From: Amoebidium appalachense
Lineage: Eukaryota; Protista; Ichthyosporea
DNA length: 64,000 bases
Direction: 5' to 3'
NCBI GenBank assembly: GCA_963693365.1
Contig: CAVNZM010000005.1
Span: 11,679,728 to 11,743,727, forward strand
How positions within the stretch are numbered: the stretch's first letter is position 1; every line of letters starts with the position of its first letter. Both the position numbers and the translations under genes were made by a program. This document shows positions 1 to 14,152 of the stretch, in pieces. The notes under the pieces were generated by a model. That model worked only from the letters and a program-made list of their open reading frames with translations, made no database searches and had not been told where the DNA came from.

Positions 1-2719
1 CTTCTCCCTTGTGCATTGTTGTGCGCACACATGCCCAAGTGTCTATGTTATGATGTGAAATACCCACACACATGCACGCGAGTGCGCGCCTACCTCCTCC
101 CCCTTTTTGTGCTGTTGCCGTCGTAGCCCAATAGCTCTTATTAGGTGTTTTGCAAGAGCCCCCCCCCCCCCCCCCCCCCCCCCCAAGAGAGTAAAACACC
201 TGATAAGAGGGGGAGGGGGGGGGGGGGAACATGCACCCTTTTACCCCCCATGTATACACCTTGTACCGTGACCGTCTGAAATGCTAGTGCCAAAGCTAAC
301 CAACCGTTACACCGACAGGGATTGAAATGCTGCGAGCCGAGCGCTTTCCAGTGATCCTTTGACTACGCACTGAGAGTCGGGGCCGGTTGTTATGGCATGC
401 ATGTATGTATGTGTTCGATACCCTCTATTCCAATGCGGTTCCTCCCTTCTAATGCACTGTGATTATGTATTGTTCCATTTGAGAGTTGTACGTCTTGTTT
501 TGCGCCTTAGTGTGTATGGTGCCTTATGTGGCGATGTGTTTGTTTACGGTTTCTACTTTGAACACGGCTATGTATGTACGTGTTGCACTATCTGTGCAAG
601 CCTTATGTAGGGCTTGTGGTCTACTCCAGGTGGCATGGGCTGGGCTGTGCTCAGAACCATCCCAACAATAAAGAAAACATATCTCTCTGTTCTTTCGGAA
701 AACATTATCTGTGATTTGTTTGTGAACAGCCGATTTGAGCCGTCACGGTGCTGTTTGTCTGAAAGTTGTCAATGATACGACTTGAGAATAAGCTCTGCTT
801 ATCATGCATACGTACTGTGTGCCTGGCAATCTGCTTTGTTGTTCACTGTGAACGTGTTACTAGTATTCGGTGGCACCTTCTTATCATAAACCCTGCCTCC
901 AATTCTTAGCCCCTCCCTCCCCTGGGGGCCGGCCGGGAGCCCATTGGCCAAGATCTCCGATATATACCTGGGCACTAGGTAGAAGAGGTGAGCCGGTTGA
1001 AATTCTTCGCTGGCATTTTTGTGGCACTCAAGTAAAAATATTTGAACTTATTTACACAAATTGGAGTCCTAATATTAGAGCAAGCTTATCACGTGTCAAG
1101 ATTCCAACAAATTCTCAGGTTGCCGGACCGTGCACCATTCCTGGCGACAGCTTATCGTATCACCCTCCCCCCCTCCCACCCACGAGGATGAATTCTACTC
1201 CGGATGCATCGTCTTTCAGTGTGTACTCTTGCATGTTGCATGCACAACCATTGAGTGTGCAATATGAAATATATCACGATGGTCGCAAGATACGCTTAAG
1301 ACTCAGTGTTTATAATATCGTGGTCTATACCTCCCGGTTGCAACCTCCCCCCCCCTCCCCCCGCCCCCCTCCCTCCCCCTCCCCCTTCAGTCCCCCCGCC
1401 CCACCCCCCTTTCCCGCCCCCCTCCCCTCCCCCCCCCCCCCCCCCCCCCCCCCCCTCCCCCCCCCCCCCCCCGGGGCCCCCTTCAGCCCTCCCCCATCCC
1501 CCAACACCCTCCCCACCGTGCGTGACCGCGGCAGATACATACACCACCTCAATAATGCCCCTTGAAGTTCCCCAGGGCCTCTGATGACAAGGCTTCTGGA
1601 AGATTCGGAACAGCGCTATTAGTAAGTTCCTTTTCTCTTTTTTATTTATTTTTGAATTCGATATATACGATTATTTTTTTACTGAAGGAGAAAATGAAGG
1701 CTGGTATGCCTATATATCTGGATGCTGGAGAAATGGCCATGATAATATGGCATGCTAAGTTTATCCAGTTTTTCAGAAATTCAATGGATTGAAGTCCGGT
1801 GCAGGGGGGATGACCTCAAGCACTGGCAGGTGCTGGCGCAACCGGGGGTGATGGTTGTTTCCTGCGGGCTGCAAGGAGCTGGTGAGCTACCTCTCTCCAT
1901 CATGGTTCTGTCTTCGCGTCCTTTACCCGCTGGGGCGTGCGGATGGTGCTCTGATGGCCGCGAGGCTTCTCGTTTACGGGGTTGGCGGCCTTCTGGGCTA
2001 ATAGCGACGGCACCCTTTTTCTATGATGGGGGGCACAACTAAGTTTTCTCAAACTCTACGTTTTCTCCTTGGGGTGCACCTGCGGCTTGGTTGACATCTC
2101 CTCCGCGGCGCGCGTCCGGGGTAGTTTGTAGCCGACTGGGACGTTGAGAAGCTTCCTCAGCCGGCTACAGTTACGGGCCCTTGTGGTGGCAGTTAGCTCT
2201 GTAGCCTTGATTTGTGTAACCGCTTGCTTGGTAGTGTTGGTTCCTTTTGCATCTCCCGTTACAGCTAGGCTACCTTGTTTGGCTGCTATTCTCCTTGGAG
2301 GGTTACTCCTGTCGCCGCGCCCCCTAAGGTAGTTTTGCAGTCTTCCATGTTCAGGTATTCAATCTCTTTTGAAACCTCGTGTGCTGGTCCAGTGATAGAG
2401 TATTGGCCGAGGGCTCTGTCTCTAGAGTTACTGTAGAGTTACTGTAGTTACAGATGGCCTCCTTGCAGTTTGTAGCCTAGACATCTTCGTGGCTTTGATG
2501 GAGCAATCTAGCCATGCCCCAAGCTTCTCATTTTGTACCCTGCCGGCATCGATGCTAACTACATGTTAACGTCCGCATTTATTCAAATTTCTGTGTGTTA
2601 GCGTACGCGTTTCACTCAATGATTTCTGTGACTCAATTTATATTAGGTCACCTTTATTGAGGTTTTTTTTGTTGTGGCAGCCGAGATATCAACTTATCGT
2701 TTTCACTCCTGCCTTTAGT

Positions 2720-3810
2720 GTTTATTTGTATTTTTATACCCTTGGGTCGACGTCCGTGTTCCTGTGAGCCTACTTCGAATTCTCATTTGAGTGACTCGCA
2801 AATCGTCTCTCTCCAGATATCTCGTTTTCGTGTCCTTCGAACATATGAGCACATCAATAAAGTCATTATATAAAAAAAGAAATTCAATCTTCCTGCGCCC
2901 CACCTCGCGAGGCGGCAATGGTGCTGAACGAGTTCGACGATTTTCAGGGTACTGCGCTACGCACTTTGTTTCGTACTCGGTTTGTGCCTCCCTTAATCAG
3001 TATGTTTGGATTGTCGTCTGCTGTTTGTCGTATGGAGGAATTGTCTCTTCGTTTTTTTTTTTATTTAGTTAGGCTACCTGATGGTCACCCTCTTTATGCT
3101 TTCTTTCCCCCCCTCCCTCCATCAGTCTTCCCCCCCGATTCATGACAACGCTACTTCTGAATGTCCTCAGCCTACCCTCTTTCCACCTGATTCTTCCTCT
3201 CGCTATCTCACTCCCTCTTTCTTTTCTCTTCCTGTTTTTTCTGCCTTTTCGCGTTATTACCATACGCAGTATAAGTTTCTTTCTCGTTCTGATAGAGAAA
3301 TCAAAGGTAAAACTCAGTCGGCATGTGTTATGTTCCTTAGGCAACACCGTACTGATCATTATCGCTTTTTGGGAGCTTTGGCAGGATACATTTCTCCTGC
3401 TGTACGTATGGATACCACCCTAGTAGATAAGTCTGTATGGTGCTCTGATGTTGATATTGCCTGGGAAGTTGTGCAGTGGCGCTGTAATTCTTATTTTCAT
3501 CGCCGCTGGTGCCACTTTTGTGCTGACCTTTTTAATCGCAAGCATGTTGATAGGTGTGAATTTTTATGTCGCGTTTTACCTCTTTCCCTCCGGGTATCTG
3601 CTACACTAGCTGGCAATGTGAACACTTTAGACTTTTTGTTGAATTCTGTTGGTCGTCACATTGAGTATTTATATGATTTTCACACAGTGTTCAGGTATCT
3701 CAGTATGCACTTGTTACTGGATAACTCGTGAAGTTTTTATTGTCTTCTCAGTATGCCGTGCATACTTGCATATCTTTCCGTCGAATAAATCCAGTCAAAA
3801 GAAAAAGAAA
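2720..3810 (+). mobile_element. 5'-truncated, degenerate non-LTR retrotransposon (LINE) ORF2 C-terminal fragment with A-rich tail
   Basis: Broken frames 2791-3072, 2918-3145 and 3081-3731. Post-RT-like LYK..F.RP (SLYKKRNSIFLRP), then a CCHC knuckle QWRCNSYFHRRWCHFCADLFNRKHVDRC followed by NTLDFLLN, as in LINE ORF2 C-termini. Ends in AATAAA...AAAAGAAAAAGAAA (3785-3810). No YADD motif seen. Confidence 0.6.
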
Positions 3811-4544
3811 TTCAATGGCAGGTCGGGGTTTGATGTTGGGGGAGACCAAGATCAGCTGCGTATGATATCATACTCCTCACACGTACTGACGGTGTGCACG
3901 CGCTGCGATGAACTTTACGTTCGCTGCAGACGTCCGATTTTTCCTTACACTCTCGCGACCGCGTGCATGCTTTCTGTCGCGGCGCCTCGACGGTTCGATG
4001 GAGTCCAGTGTTCGCTGAATGTGTAAGGAAAAATAAGGAGCCATCTCAGTAGGTGGCAGATCATACTCCCAGAGACCGTGAAACGCATTTTCCGTGGTCC
4101 CGTGATTATAGCGACATGCGGCTATGATAGTGGCCTCAAAACAAGCTAAAATCCAAATTTTTATATTCACAATTATGACTATGACGACGCTCAGCCTGGC
4201 GACCCTGGCCTGCCTCCTCAGAAGTGAGCCATGGATGATCAGGAATCCAGGATTCAGGATCCCCAGAATGAATCATGATCATGGTGAGGACTTCCAAAAC
4301 CTCAGTTTGAGCTGTGTACTGTGAAGCCGGTATATTCACAGTTTACTTGTATTTGATACTAAATATAAAACTAATATAACGCTGACTTCCACGCTTGCAT
4401 TTTATCATACTCTCATTTGGAAAAAAGTGGGTGATTTTGTGCATACATACATCTTGTGGTCATGCGACATCGAACTTCTCATTTGGTGCCCACTGCCCAG
4501 GCCAAAGATCCCAGTGTATGACCAGTGCCTTGTTTCTGGCGCAC

Positions 4545-5330
4545 ATATGGTGCCGGTCATCGTAGCCTATGATTGAATGACCCCTCTACAAAATTAGATC
4601 CAGGAGGCTGTGATCGCGCTACGGACATGATAGTTGCAGCTTTGGATAGCTCTCGGCACGCCGGGGGATGACGGGGATATAAGCCTTTTCCCGCTATCTT
4701 CAATATTAAGGGTGGGATGACGTCATCAGGGTCCAGTCGGTCCCAATTAAATAGTGTCTATCATGCGGTCGGCAACTGCCATATATGGTAGTTCCGCGAA
4801 AATTGGAAAACTTTACTTTTTTAAGACCGTGCTGTTGCACATTGCGAAGTGTGTGAATAGACATGTGTATGAGAAGAAAAACGACGTGGAAAAGGCAGTT
4901 TTAGGTTTTTTATTAAGCCCTAAACTCAAAGCCCGTGTACGGCACCATTCAATTCCTGGGCCGCAGGTTCGATATTCGTTGTGACAGATTTTTTTTTGTC
5001 AAATCATCTTTTTTCGACTGCAAAAATATCACGCGACAGCTCTCGCCGAGATATGTCGATTGCGCTAAGAAACGTCTCAGATTTATATGTGGGTATTCGA
5101 GAAACAAGAGGTTCAAAAAGTGATGACGTCGTCACCGTCCAATTGGTCCGACTTTTTTGCTTGTGGGAAATCCCGAAATGTCTCAACATAGCTTTGTAGG
5201 TCTCGTCAAGACGCATCGAAAAACGTATAGAAAACCCCAGCGCCGCGAGATAGAGCGGAGTTATTTGGCCGGCAAATTTCCTAAGATCTATCGGATCTGA
5301 GGGGTCAATCTACGATGACCGCCACCATAT
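4545..5330. mobile_element. Non-autonomous TIR element (MITE-like, ~790 bp) immediately upstream of the ALDH gene
   Basis: Left end ATATGGTGCCGGTCATCGTAG matches the reverse complement of the right end (ATATGGTGGCGGTCATCGTAG) at 20/21, with further TGACCCCTC and TAGATC matches inward. Internal recurring AG(C/G)TCTCG motifs; no coding capacity. Confidence 0.65.
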
Positions 5331-5525
5331 AAGCCTAAGTTCGTTTTGTTTTCCCAACAGTTTTGTGTTTTTGACACAGGTGTGAAAGCTCTCGGTGTAT
5401 GCTCCCGAGCCTTTCACTCACTCTAGGTCTGCCTGTCGTTATTTACCAACTTATAACACCTACACCTTTCAGCATCTAACACCGCAGACACTTAAGGATA
5501 CAGTAGTTGCTTGAAAACTCCTAAG

Positions 5526-5954
5526 ATGCAGTTTCTTCGCAGTGCCTTACGCACACACCAGGCCATGCCGGCCCCGGCCCCAACAAGAGTGGGCATGGCT
5601 ACTGTGCCCCTCCGAAGCACACCGTTAAAGGATATTCCTGAGGTGGGTGGGGCTTTTTTCCTCCTTATATAGTCGTCTCTTTCGTTAAAGTGATGCCCTG
5701 TTCTTCGGTATAGCTATAGTATAGCTCGGCTACCTTGTAAGTTCCATGTAGGCAGTGTTCCACGTGCCGAACATACGGGCACCCCACAAAAAAGGTGAAC
5801 CTGAAAGTCACTCTCAACCCATCAACCCTTTCTTCCCTCTTCCCCCACTACTCTTGCGCGCTCCTCCCCTCCCGCCCTCCCCCCCCTCACTCCTCACACT
5901 CGCATACATCTCCCCCCTCCCCCCCCCCCCCCCCCCCCCCACCACCACGACCAC

Positions 5955-6040
<86 letters not shown>

Positions 6041-6658
6041 GTTCTCGCTCTCAATCCTCCCTCTCTCCCCCCGCGGCCCCAGGCATTCCATTCCCCCCAC
6101 CTCAACACGCCCGGGCACACACACACAAGCACACGCACAAACGCACGGACACACACACATACACAAGATAAACCTCTTATACGGTCTGATCTGTGCTCCT
6201 TTTTTCAGATGGCTAGTGTTCTTGGATGTCCATAGCTCCCTATTTATACCGGAGGAAATAGGCAGTTGCCCGCACCAGTTCTTTAGTTCCTTCTGCTCCG
6301 TGTTCACGTTTCTTTTCTCTAACAGCCGTACACATCAGCACCTTTTGTTTGCATGCCGTAGTTATTTTTTTGGTGCTTTCATCTGTTCAACCTCCCTGTA
6401 ATTTTGGGACTCTTCCGGCTTCATGCTATCATGAAAACCCCCCCCCCCCCCCCCCCCCCCCCCTCCCCCCCCCTCCCCCCGGCTCTCTACCACAGGGCAC
6501 CCATACAGCTCTCTTCCGCCGGCACTGCTTTCCAGAATCTGCCTTTCCCTCTCGTCACCCTCAATCATTTATAATAGCCTTCCTCTTTCTCCATTCTTGC
6601 ATCAACCCCCCCACGAACACCACCACACACAAACACACGTGCCTGCTCACATGTACAT

Positions 6659-6701
<43 letters not shown>

Positions 6702-9056
6702 CACACACACTCACACGCACGTGCACAGGTGCACACGTGTACAACACCCTTTCCTTCCGAATCCCCCCGCACCTGCCCCCCGCCCCCTCCCCCCCAACCT
6801 GCCCACCCACCCCCCTGCTCATCTCAGACTTTGTCCTTCCCTCACCCCCCTATCACCTAACGCCCCACCAACGAAGACACTCAATCTCCGCCTTACATCT
6901 CAGATTGTTGCAACGGCAAGATCGGCATTCAACCAGGGAAAAACATTGAGTGCGGCCCAGAGAAAAGACACCCTTAAGGGTCTGTTTGGTCTCTTGGACG
7001 AAAACGAAGAGCTTTTCTATGAGGCGCTGAGGCACGACCTGATGAAACCACGTTTTGAGATGCGATTTACTGAGATTGAATTGGTGAAGGGAGAGGTAGG
7101 TGAACAAGCACTTCATTAGCAAAGTTTTGAGATACAATATACTGAAATGGGCTGGTTATGGAGGGGAGGTGGATGTGTTTGACTTGAGGGAGTCGAATTG
7201 GCCGCAACGGTTTAAGAAAACAAGATTGTGTGGAAGCACGTACAAATACGTGAACTTTTTGTTGTTTAGAGTTTTCCTTTTTTTTCCTTTTTTTTTTTTA
7301 AGGGGGGTTTTTTTTTTAAGGGGGGGGGAAGGGGGGGGAGGGTGGGGACAATTTCCCGTTCCCTATCCCAACCATTTTTTTTTTTTTCACAAAAAAGCCA
7401 TCGCCCCTCCCTTCCCCCCTCCCCCCCCCTCCCCACCCCCCTCCCCACCCCACCGCCCCATCCCCCTCCCCTCTCTCCCCCCTATTTTCGTTGAGGCCAT
7501 GGATGGGTTGGAAACTATGCAACGGGGGGGGGGGGGGGGGGGGGGGGGGGAGGGGGTCGAAACCCATTCTTTTTGTGGAGACACGGGAGCCACCCCTGAT
7601 GATGGGCTGTGCTCAAGTGCTTTCCTTCTACCCGCACGTTTTTTTCTTTTCGGTCTGATTTCTGGTTTTTGTTTTTTTCGTGACGTTTTGTGTTTTTGTT
7701 TTTGACGTTTTGTGTTTTTGTTTTGATGTCCTCTCCTCCGATTTTCCAACCCTCCAATGCATACGTCAAACCCCCCCCCCCCCCCCCCCCTGCCCCTCCC
7801 CTAACCCCCCCCCCCCCCCTCCCCCCGTCCTTCACCACAACTACCACCAACCAGCAAAACTGGCTCAGCAGGAGTAGAGAAAAACTGTTTTCCCCATTCC
7901 TACCCACCCAACAACCGAGCATGCGCCATGGTGGTTGCACGTACGTGTGTGTTTTGGTGTTTTAGAGCAATGGATCGGGGATGCATGTGTGTCTTCTTTC
8001 GGAAAGATGGCTGGGAGGGGAGGGGTGGGCGGGTGGGTGGAGGGGGGAGTCTCTACCCGTCAGTCAACCCAACACATTTCCTTTCTTTTCGATCTGTGTT
8101 ACCTTCCAATCATATGTCATGATTCAGAAAAGCAAGAACCAACCCCCTCCCCCCCCCCCCCCCTCTCCCGCCAACCTCCACGTCTCCCCCCCCCCCCCTC
8201 TCCTCCCCCTCCCCCCACACTCCCCAGATTGCAACAGCACTGCGCGAGCTAGACCACTGGGTCAAACCCCGTCACGTGAGCAAGAAGATTATCAATGCGG
8301 CAGACAAGCTCATGTTGGTGCCCCAGCCAAAGGGCGTTGTGCTTATCATCAGCGCTTGGTATAATACCTCTCCCCCTCCCCCCCCTTCCCCCCCCCGGCC
8401 CCCCTTCCCCCCATCCTTCCCCCACCCCCCCTCCACCCCGGGCGATTATGGCAAGAGGGGGGAAGAAGTGGGTGGGGTGATGGTCTGTATGTGGGTGTGT
8501 ATGTGTGTGTGTGGGGGGGGGGGGGGGGGGGGGGAGGGTTGGGGGTGGGGGGGGGGATAATACAACCGGTGTTGCGTTTTACTTTCACTTTTGTTACACG
8601 AGCGCACGTGGTACGCACATGCTTTCCCGCACGCGCACACACCCGCACCCACACGCACAGAGAGAGGCATACATACGTATTTGAGGGGGGAGGGAGGGGG
8701 GAGAGAGAGAGAGAGAGCATCCTCGAACACAGTTTCTTATCTGCCTTGTGTCCATGTGTCCTCTGGCTCTTCAGCTCACAATTCACCGACCAATCTCTCA
8801 TTGTCTTGTCTTTTTTTTCGTAAGCTCCCCCTCCCCCCTCCCTTCTCTTCCCCCCTCCCCCCCCCCCCCCCCCCCCCCCTCCACCCCCTCCCCTTCGTCC
8901 CCCTCCCTTGGGCGATGCCTGCCTACTGATTCGTTTGCATTTTCTCACTCCCCCCTCTCCACCCCCCCTCTCCCCTCCCGCTCAACCCACGACCACCACC
9001 ACACATACATCGAAACACACACCCACTAAAGTGCACACACGAACGGACACACGAAC

Positions 9057-9093
<37 letters not shown>

Positions 9094-9780
9094 AACTACC
9101 CCGTGCAGCTGCTGATCAGTCCTGCTGTTGGTGCAGTAGCAGCAGGCAATGCCGTTGTATTCAAACCCTCTGACGTGTCCCCGGCAACAAGTAACACTCT
9201 GATGGATCTGCTGCCAAAGGTGAATCAACCAACACACACACAAACACACACACAGGCAGACACACACACAGACACACACACACACACACACACCACACAC
9301 CACACACCACACAACACACAACACACACCACACGCAGGGAGGGGAGGGGAGAGAGAAAGAGGGAGAGAAAGAGGGAGGGAGGAAGGAAGGGAGGGAGGGA
9401 GGGAGGGAAGGAGAAAGGGAGAGAGAGACTTTGGAGAGAGCAAGACACTCACATGCATGGATAGCTTGTTGGGAAGGAGTGGGGAGGGGAGGGAGGTGAT
9501 AGACTGAGAGAAAAGGGGGGGGGGGGGGGGGGGGGGATGGGGAAGAGGGAGAAAGGGGGGAGGGAGAGTTGGAGGGAGGGAAGGAGGGGGGGGGGGGGGG
9601 AGAGGGCGAGGGCGAGGGAGAGAGGGGGAGGAAAGGACGTGCACTTCTTTGTACATGCTCATGTAGCATATTTTCTGGTTTTTTGTTTCCCCTGTTCTCT
9701 CTCCTTTTTTCTTTGTTTTCGCTTCTTTCTTTCTTTCTTTATTCTTTTCTTTTTTTCTTCTCTTTTCTTTTCTTTTCCTT

Positions 9781-9823
<43 letters not shown>

Positions 9824-9869
9824 GTGCGTGTGTGTGTGTGTGTGTGTGTGTGCCTTTTTTTTTTCTTGT

Positions 9870-9905
<36 letters not shown>

Positions 9906-10456
9906 TGGCAAGGGGGGCAAGTCCGAGGAGAAAAGTCCGGGGTAGACAGCAATCTGTTGGTAGGGAGGTGTGCATGCAGCCATTTGAGTTATTGATAAAT
10001 GAGCTGGAAGGAGGAGGGTGTGTGTGTTTTGGGGGGGGAGGGGGTGGAGAGAGGGAGGGAGGGGGGGGGCAAAATTTGAGCTTCTAGCTGTACTTTTACG
10101 GAGAAAGAAAAGGGTATGATTGGATGCTAATGCTTCTACTTTTGGAAACAGTATGTCGACAGTGAGTGCTTTCCCGTGGTTGCCGGGGAGGCAGATGTGG
10201 CACGGAAACTTCTCGAGCAGAGATTCGACCACATTCTGTACACGGGCAACGGGGCCGTGGGAAAGGAAGTCATGCGCGCTGCGGCCAATCACCTTACGCC
10301 AGTCACCCTAGAACTGGGGGGCAAATCGTACGTGGGAATTTTATGTGGGGTTTGTTGTGGTGAAGATTTTGTGCTGAATTGGTTCTTGTTTGTGTTTTCT
10401 GCCTGCCTTTGTCGGTTTTTTATGTGTATGTATGTGTTGGGGGCTTGGGTGTTGGG

Positions 10457-10515
<59 letters not shown>

Positions 10516-10834
10516 TGTGTGTGTGGGAATGTGTGTGTGTTTGTGTGTGTATGTGCGAGTGTTGTGTGTGTGGGTGTGTGTATGTGTGTGTCTGTCTTAC
10601 TCTCTCTGTGTGTATGCACATATGTTTGTGTGTGGTCTCATAGAATGTGTATGATGGGTCTTTTTGTCCTCTTACTTGCATCCATATTCTAACACATGCA
10701 CCGATAACTTACCACGCACACCTGCACACGTCCACTCATTCAATCTTTTAACCCGACGGTGTTTCCCACTCGTTCTCTCCCCTCGCCTCCCTTCCACCCA
10801 CCGCCAACTTCAACCTCTCCCGGTCTCCTTATGC

Positions 10835-10873
<39 letters not shown>

Positions 10874-11155
10874 ACCCCTCCCTCCCACCTCCCCTCCCCC
10901 CCAACACACACACGAACACACACCCATACCCTTGCTCCCCCGCCTCCTGCTCTCCCTTTCCACTTGTATGTGTCCCTAGGCGATGTAACTTCACCTGTGT
11001 TATAGTGTGGTTGCCAAAGAACGGCATCCTCCCTCGCCGCTTGTCACTCACCGACTGTCCCCCTCGCCCCCTTCCCCCCCCCCCCCCCCCCGGAGCCTTA
11101 AATACTACCGCCTCTCTGCTGCGACCGCCTTCGCTGCAACCCACACCACACACAA

Positions 11156-11192
<37 letters not shown>

Positions 11193-12525
11193 AAAACCCC
11201 TTTCCCCCTCGCCTTCCCACCTCCCCTCCCCCTCCCCACCCCCACCCACAGGCCCGTAGTAGTGAGCAAAGACAACAACATGCACCACGTTGCAAAGCGC
11301 ATCCTCTTTGGCAAAATGACAAACCTGGGGCAGACGTGCATTGCACCTGACTACATTCTGGTGGAGAGAGAGGCACAGGATGAACTAATCGCCCAGTTGA
11401 AACGTGTGCTTAAAGAGTCTTTCGGTGAGGTGGGTTTTCTCTCTCCTATTCACTACCACCATGCACACAGACACACATTCACATGTGTGTGTGCACACAC
11501 CTACTCACGCACTCGCGCAGACACACACACACACACACAAGCGCGCATGGACACAAAGACTTATGCCTATACACAAACAAAACACCCACACGCACATGCA
11601 CACACTATCACAGACGCTGCCACCACTACTATTTGCAACACGACCACCACCACTATGCACGTACACATGCACCCATGCACACACAGAGAGACAGAAGGTG
11701 CACAGGCACACACACATTCATGAAACACACACGTACGTCGTGCGCCGACACGCATACACTACAACCATGCTCATCGTTTGATGTTACTTATTTGCATGTT
11801 TTACGCCCTCCGTTCTTTGGTAAAGCATTTTCACCTGTTCCTACCGGCAAATTTCCCTAGATAGTCACTTCAGAACACAGAGAAACAGATACCAAAGCAT
11901 ACGAAATAGTGATATTTTCCCAAAACCAACTTAAAAACATATGTAGGTAGGACATATACGTGTCGATATTTTACAATTTATTTGAGCTTTTTCTATCGAT
12001 TTTGAGCCGCAATAGATTTGTATAGAGCTGTTTAGAGCCGGCCGGCTGCCCGCCAAATCAATTAGTGCCGGCCCGAAGAGGTTAAAGCATTTCGTCACCC
12101 TTCACTCTGCATGTTACAGACTAAGAAGCACCCCCCCCCCCCCCCCCCCCCTCCCCCCCCTCCCCCCCCCCCCCCCCCTGCCCCTGCTTCTCATTGTGTA
12201 TTTGTGCGTCGTACTATGTTCCGCATTCAAACCCCCCCCTCCCTCCCCTCCCCTCCCCGGCCCCGTGTGCCCGTGCCAATGAGGACAGGGGCGGGTCTTT
12301 TGACGCTGTATGGTGGCCATGTGGCTGTGTTGTTATTGCTCGTACACGGACAGGGCTTTTGCAACTGTTGTGTTGTGAATTATCATCATAGAGCCTCCTT
12401 TCGCTGTATCGGTTCTGCACCACTTATGGGTGATCTGATTGAACTGGTTGAATTGTGCGAAAGCCATTTTTGTTGAGTTGGATAAGCGAAGCTGGTTTGT
12501 ATATTTATTTGTTATCTATATATAC

Positions 12526-12562
<37 letters not shown>

Positions 12563-12943
12563 GCGTGTATGCTTGTGTAAGGGAGGGAAGGGGGAGGGGG
12601 AGGTGGGGTAAGGGGGGAAGTGAAGGAGATATGAACAAAACTCCAAAGACAGACGAATACGGTAAATATTATCATTATGCACCCGAGTGCATTTGCACGT
12701 ACTCACCCTCTTCCACCCTCCAGGACCCCAAGACATCACCGCATCTTGGACGCATTGTAGCAGAGAGACATGTCAAGCGCATGGCCGGCTATCTGGAGGA
12801 GCAGGGTCTGGATATCGTGCTGGGTATAGAAATCTCCCCCCCCCCCCCCCCCCCCCCCTTCTCCCCCCCCCTCCGCCTCCTCTCCCCGCTTCCTTTCCCC
12901 TCCCCCTCCCCCCCCCCCCCCCCCCCTTCTCTCCCCCTCCCCC

Positions 12944-12985
<42 letters not shown>

Positions 12986-13118
12986 CCATCTCATCCTCCC
13001 CTCTTCGACCGGCTAGGGGAATGGTTTGGGCATGTCTGTTATAATCTTGTCATCATTGGTGTGTTGGTGTGATTGTTTAGGCTATGATCATGATTCTTGC
13101 ACAAACATGATCAATTCC

Positions 13119-13149
<31 letters not shown>

Positions 13150-14106
13150 TTTCCCGGGGCCCCCTGCCCCTCCCGGCCCGGGTGCCGAGCTTTCTACTTT
13201 TCCTTGCCTGCACTTTCTTTTAATGCTTCTGTATTTTCTTATAACTGTAGTTTAGTCGTCTTCAATTACCCTACGTCCTCCCCCCCACCCCCCACCACCC
13301 ACCACCCCACCCCCCATCGGATTCTTTCTCCTCTTTCCCCCTCCCCCCCCCCCCCCCCCCCCCCCCTCTTCCCCCCCCCGACTCTCTTTCTTGTCTTTTC
13401 CCTCTCCTGCCTCTAATGCATTCCTGCCCCTCCCTCAACCCCCGGACTCGGGGTTAGGATAGGCCCTACTGCTTACTATCCACGTTCTGGTGTGCATAAT
13501 GCCACAACTACACCTTATTCCTTGCACATGTTCTGTTCTGTTGCCATAAACGAGCCAGTCTGATTAGGAAGATATCACTGTGTCTGCTGCAGTGTGCATA
13601 CTGATGGGTTTTACATTTAAGCCACGGCACCCAGCATTCTTTTTTATTTGCTTCAGTGGATACCAATAATGAGAAAAAGACCAACACATGTATCAAGAAC
13701 AACAACAACAATGACAACACTAATATAGCAACAATAAAATTAACGTGCAAGAAAACTACCTTTGTGCTGACACATGCACTTCAGGGGGCAAGTATGATGT
13801 AGCCGAGCGTTGGATTGAGCCCACCATCATCAAGGACCCCCCACCAACATCGCGGGTCATGACAGATGAGGTGTTCACACACACAGCCACGTCCCCTACC
13901 TCACACCCACCCAAGAAAGACGCGGGCACTCTTACACACACTTACACAATGCACATTCCGGCCAAACACACTCGGTTTTCCCCTTTGGTGTAGCCTCCCC
14001 CCCCCCCCCCCCCCCTCTCCCGCCACGCTTTTTCTCGATTCGCCAGCATGTCTCTTCCCCCCCTCCCCCCTCCCCCCTTCCCCACACATACCAGACACAC
14101 GCGTGT

Positions 14107-14152
<46 letters not shown>

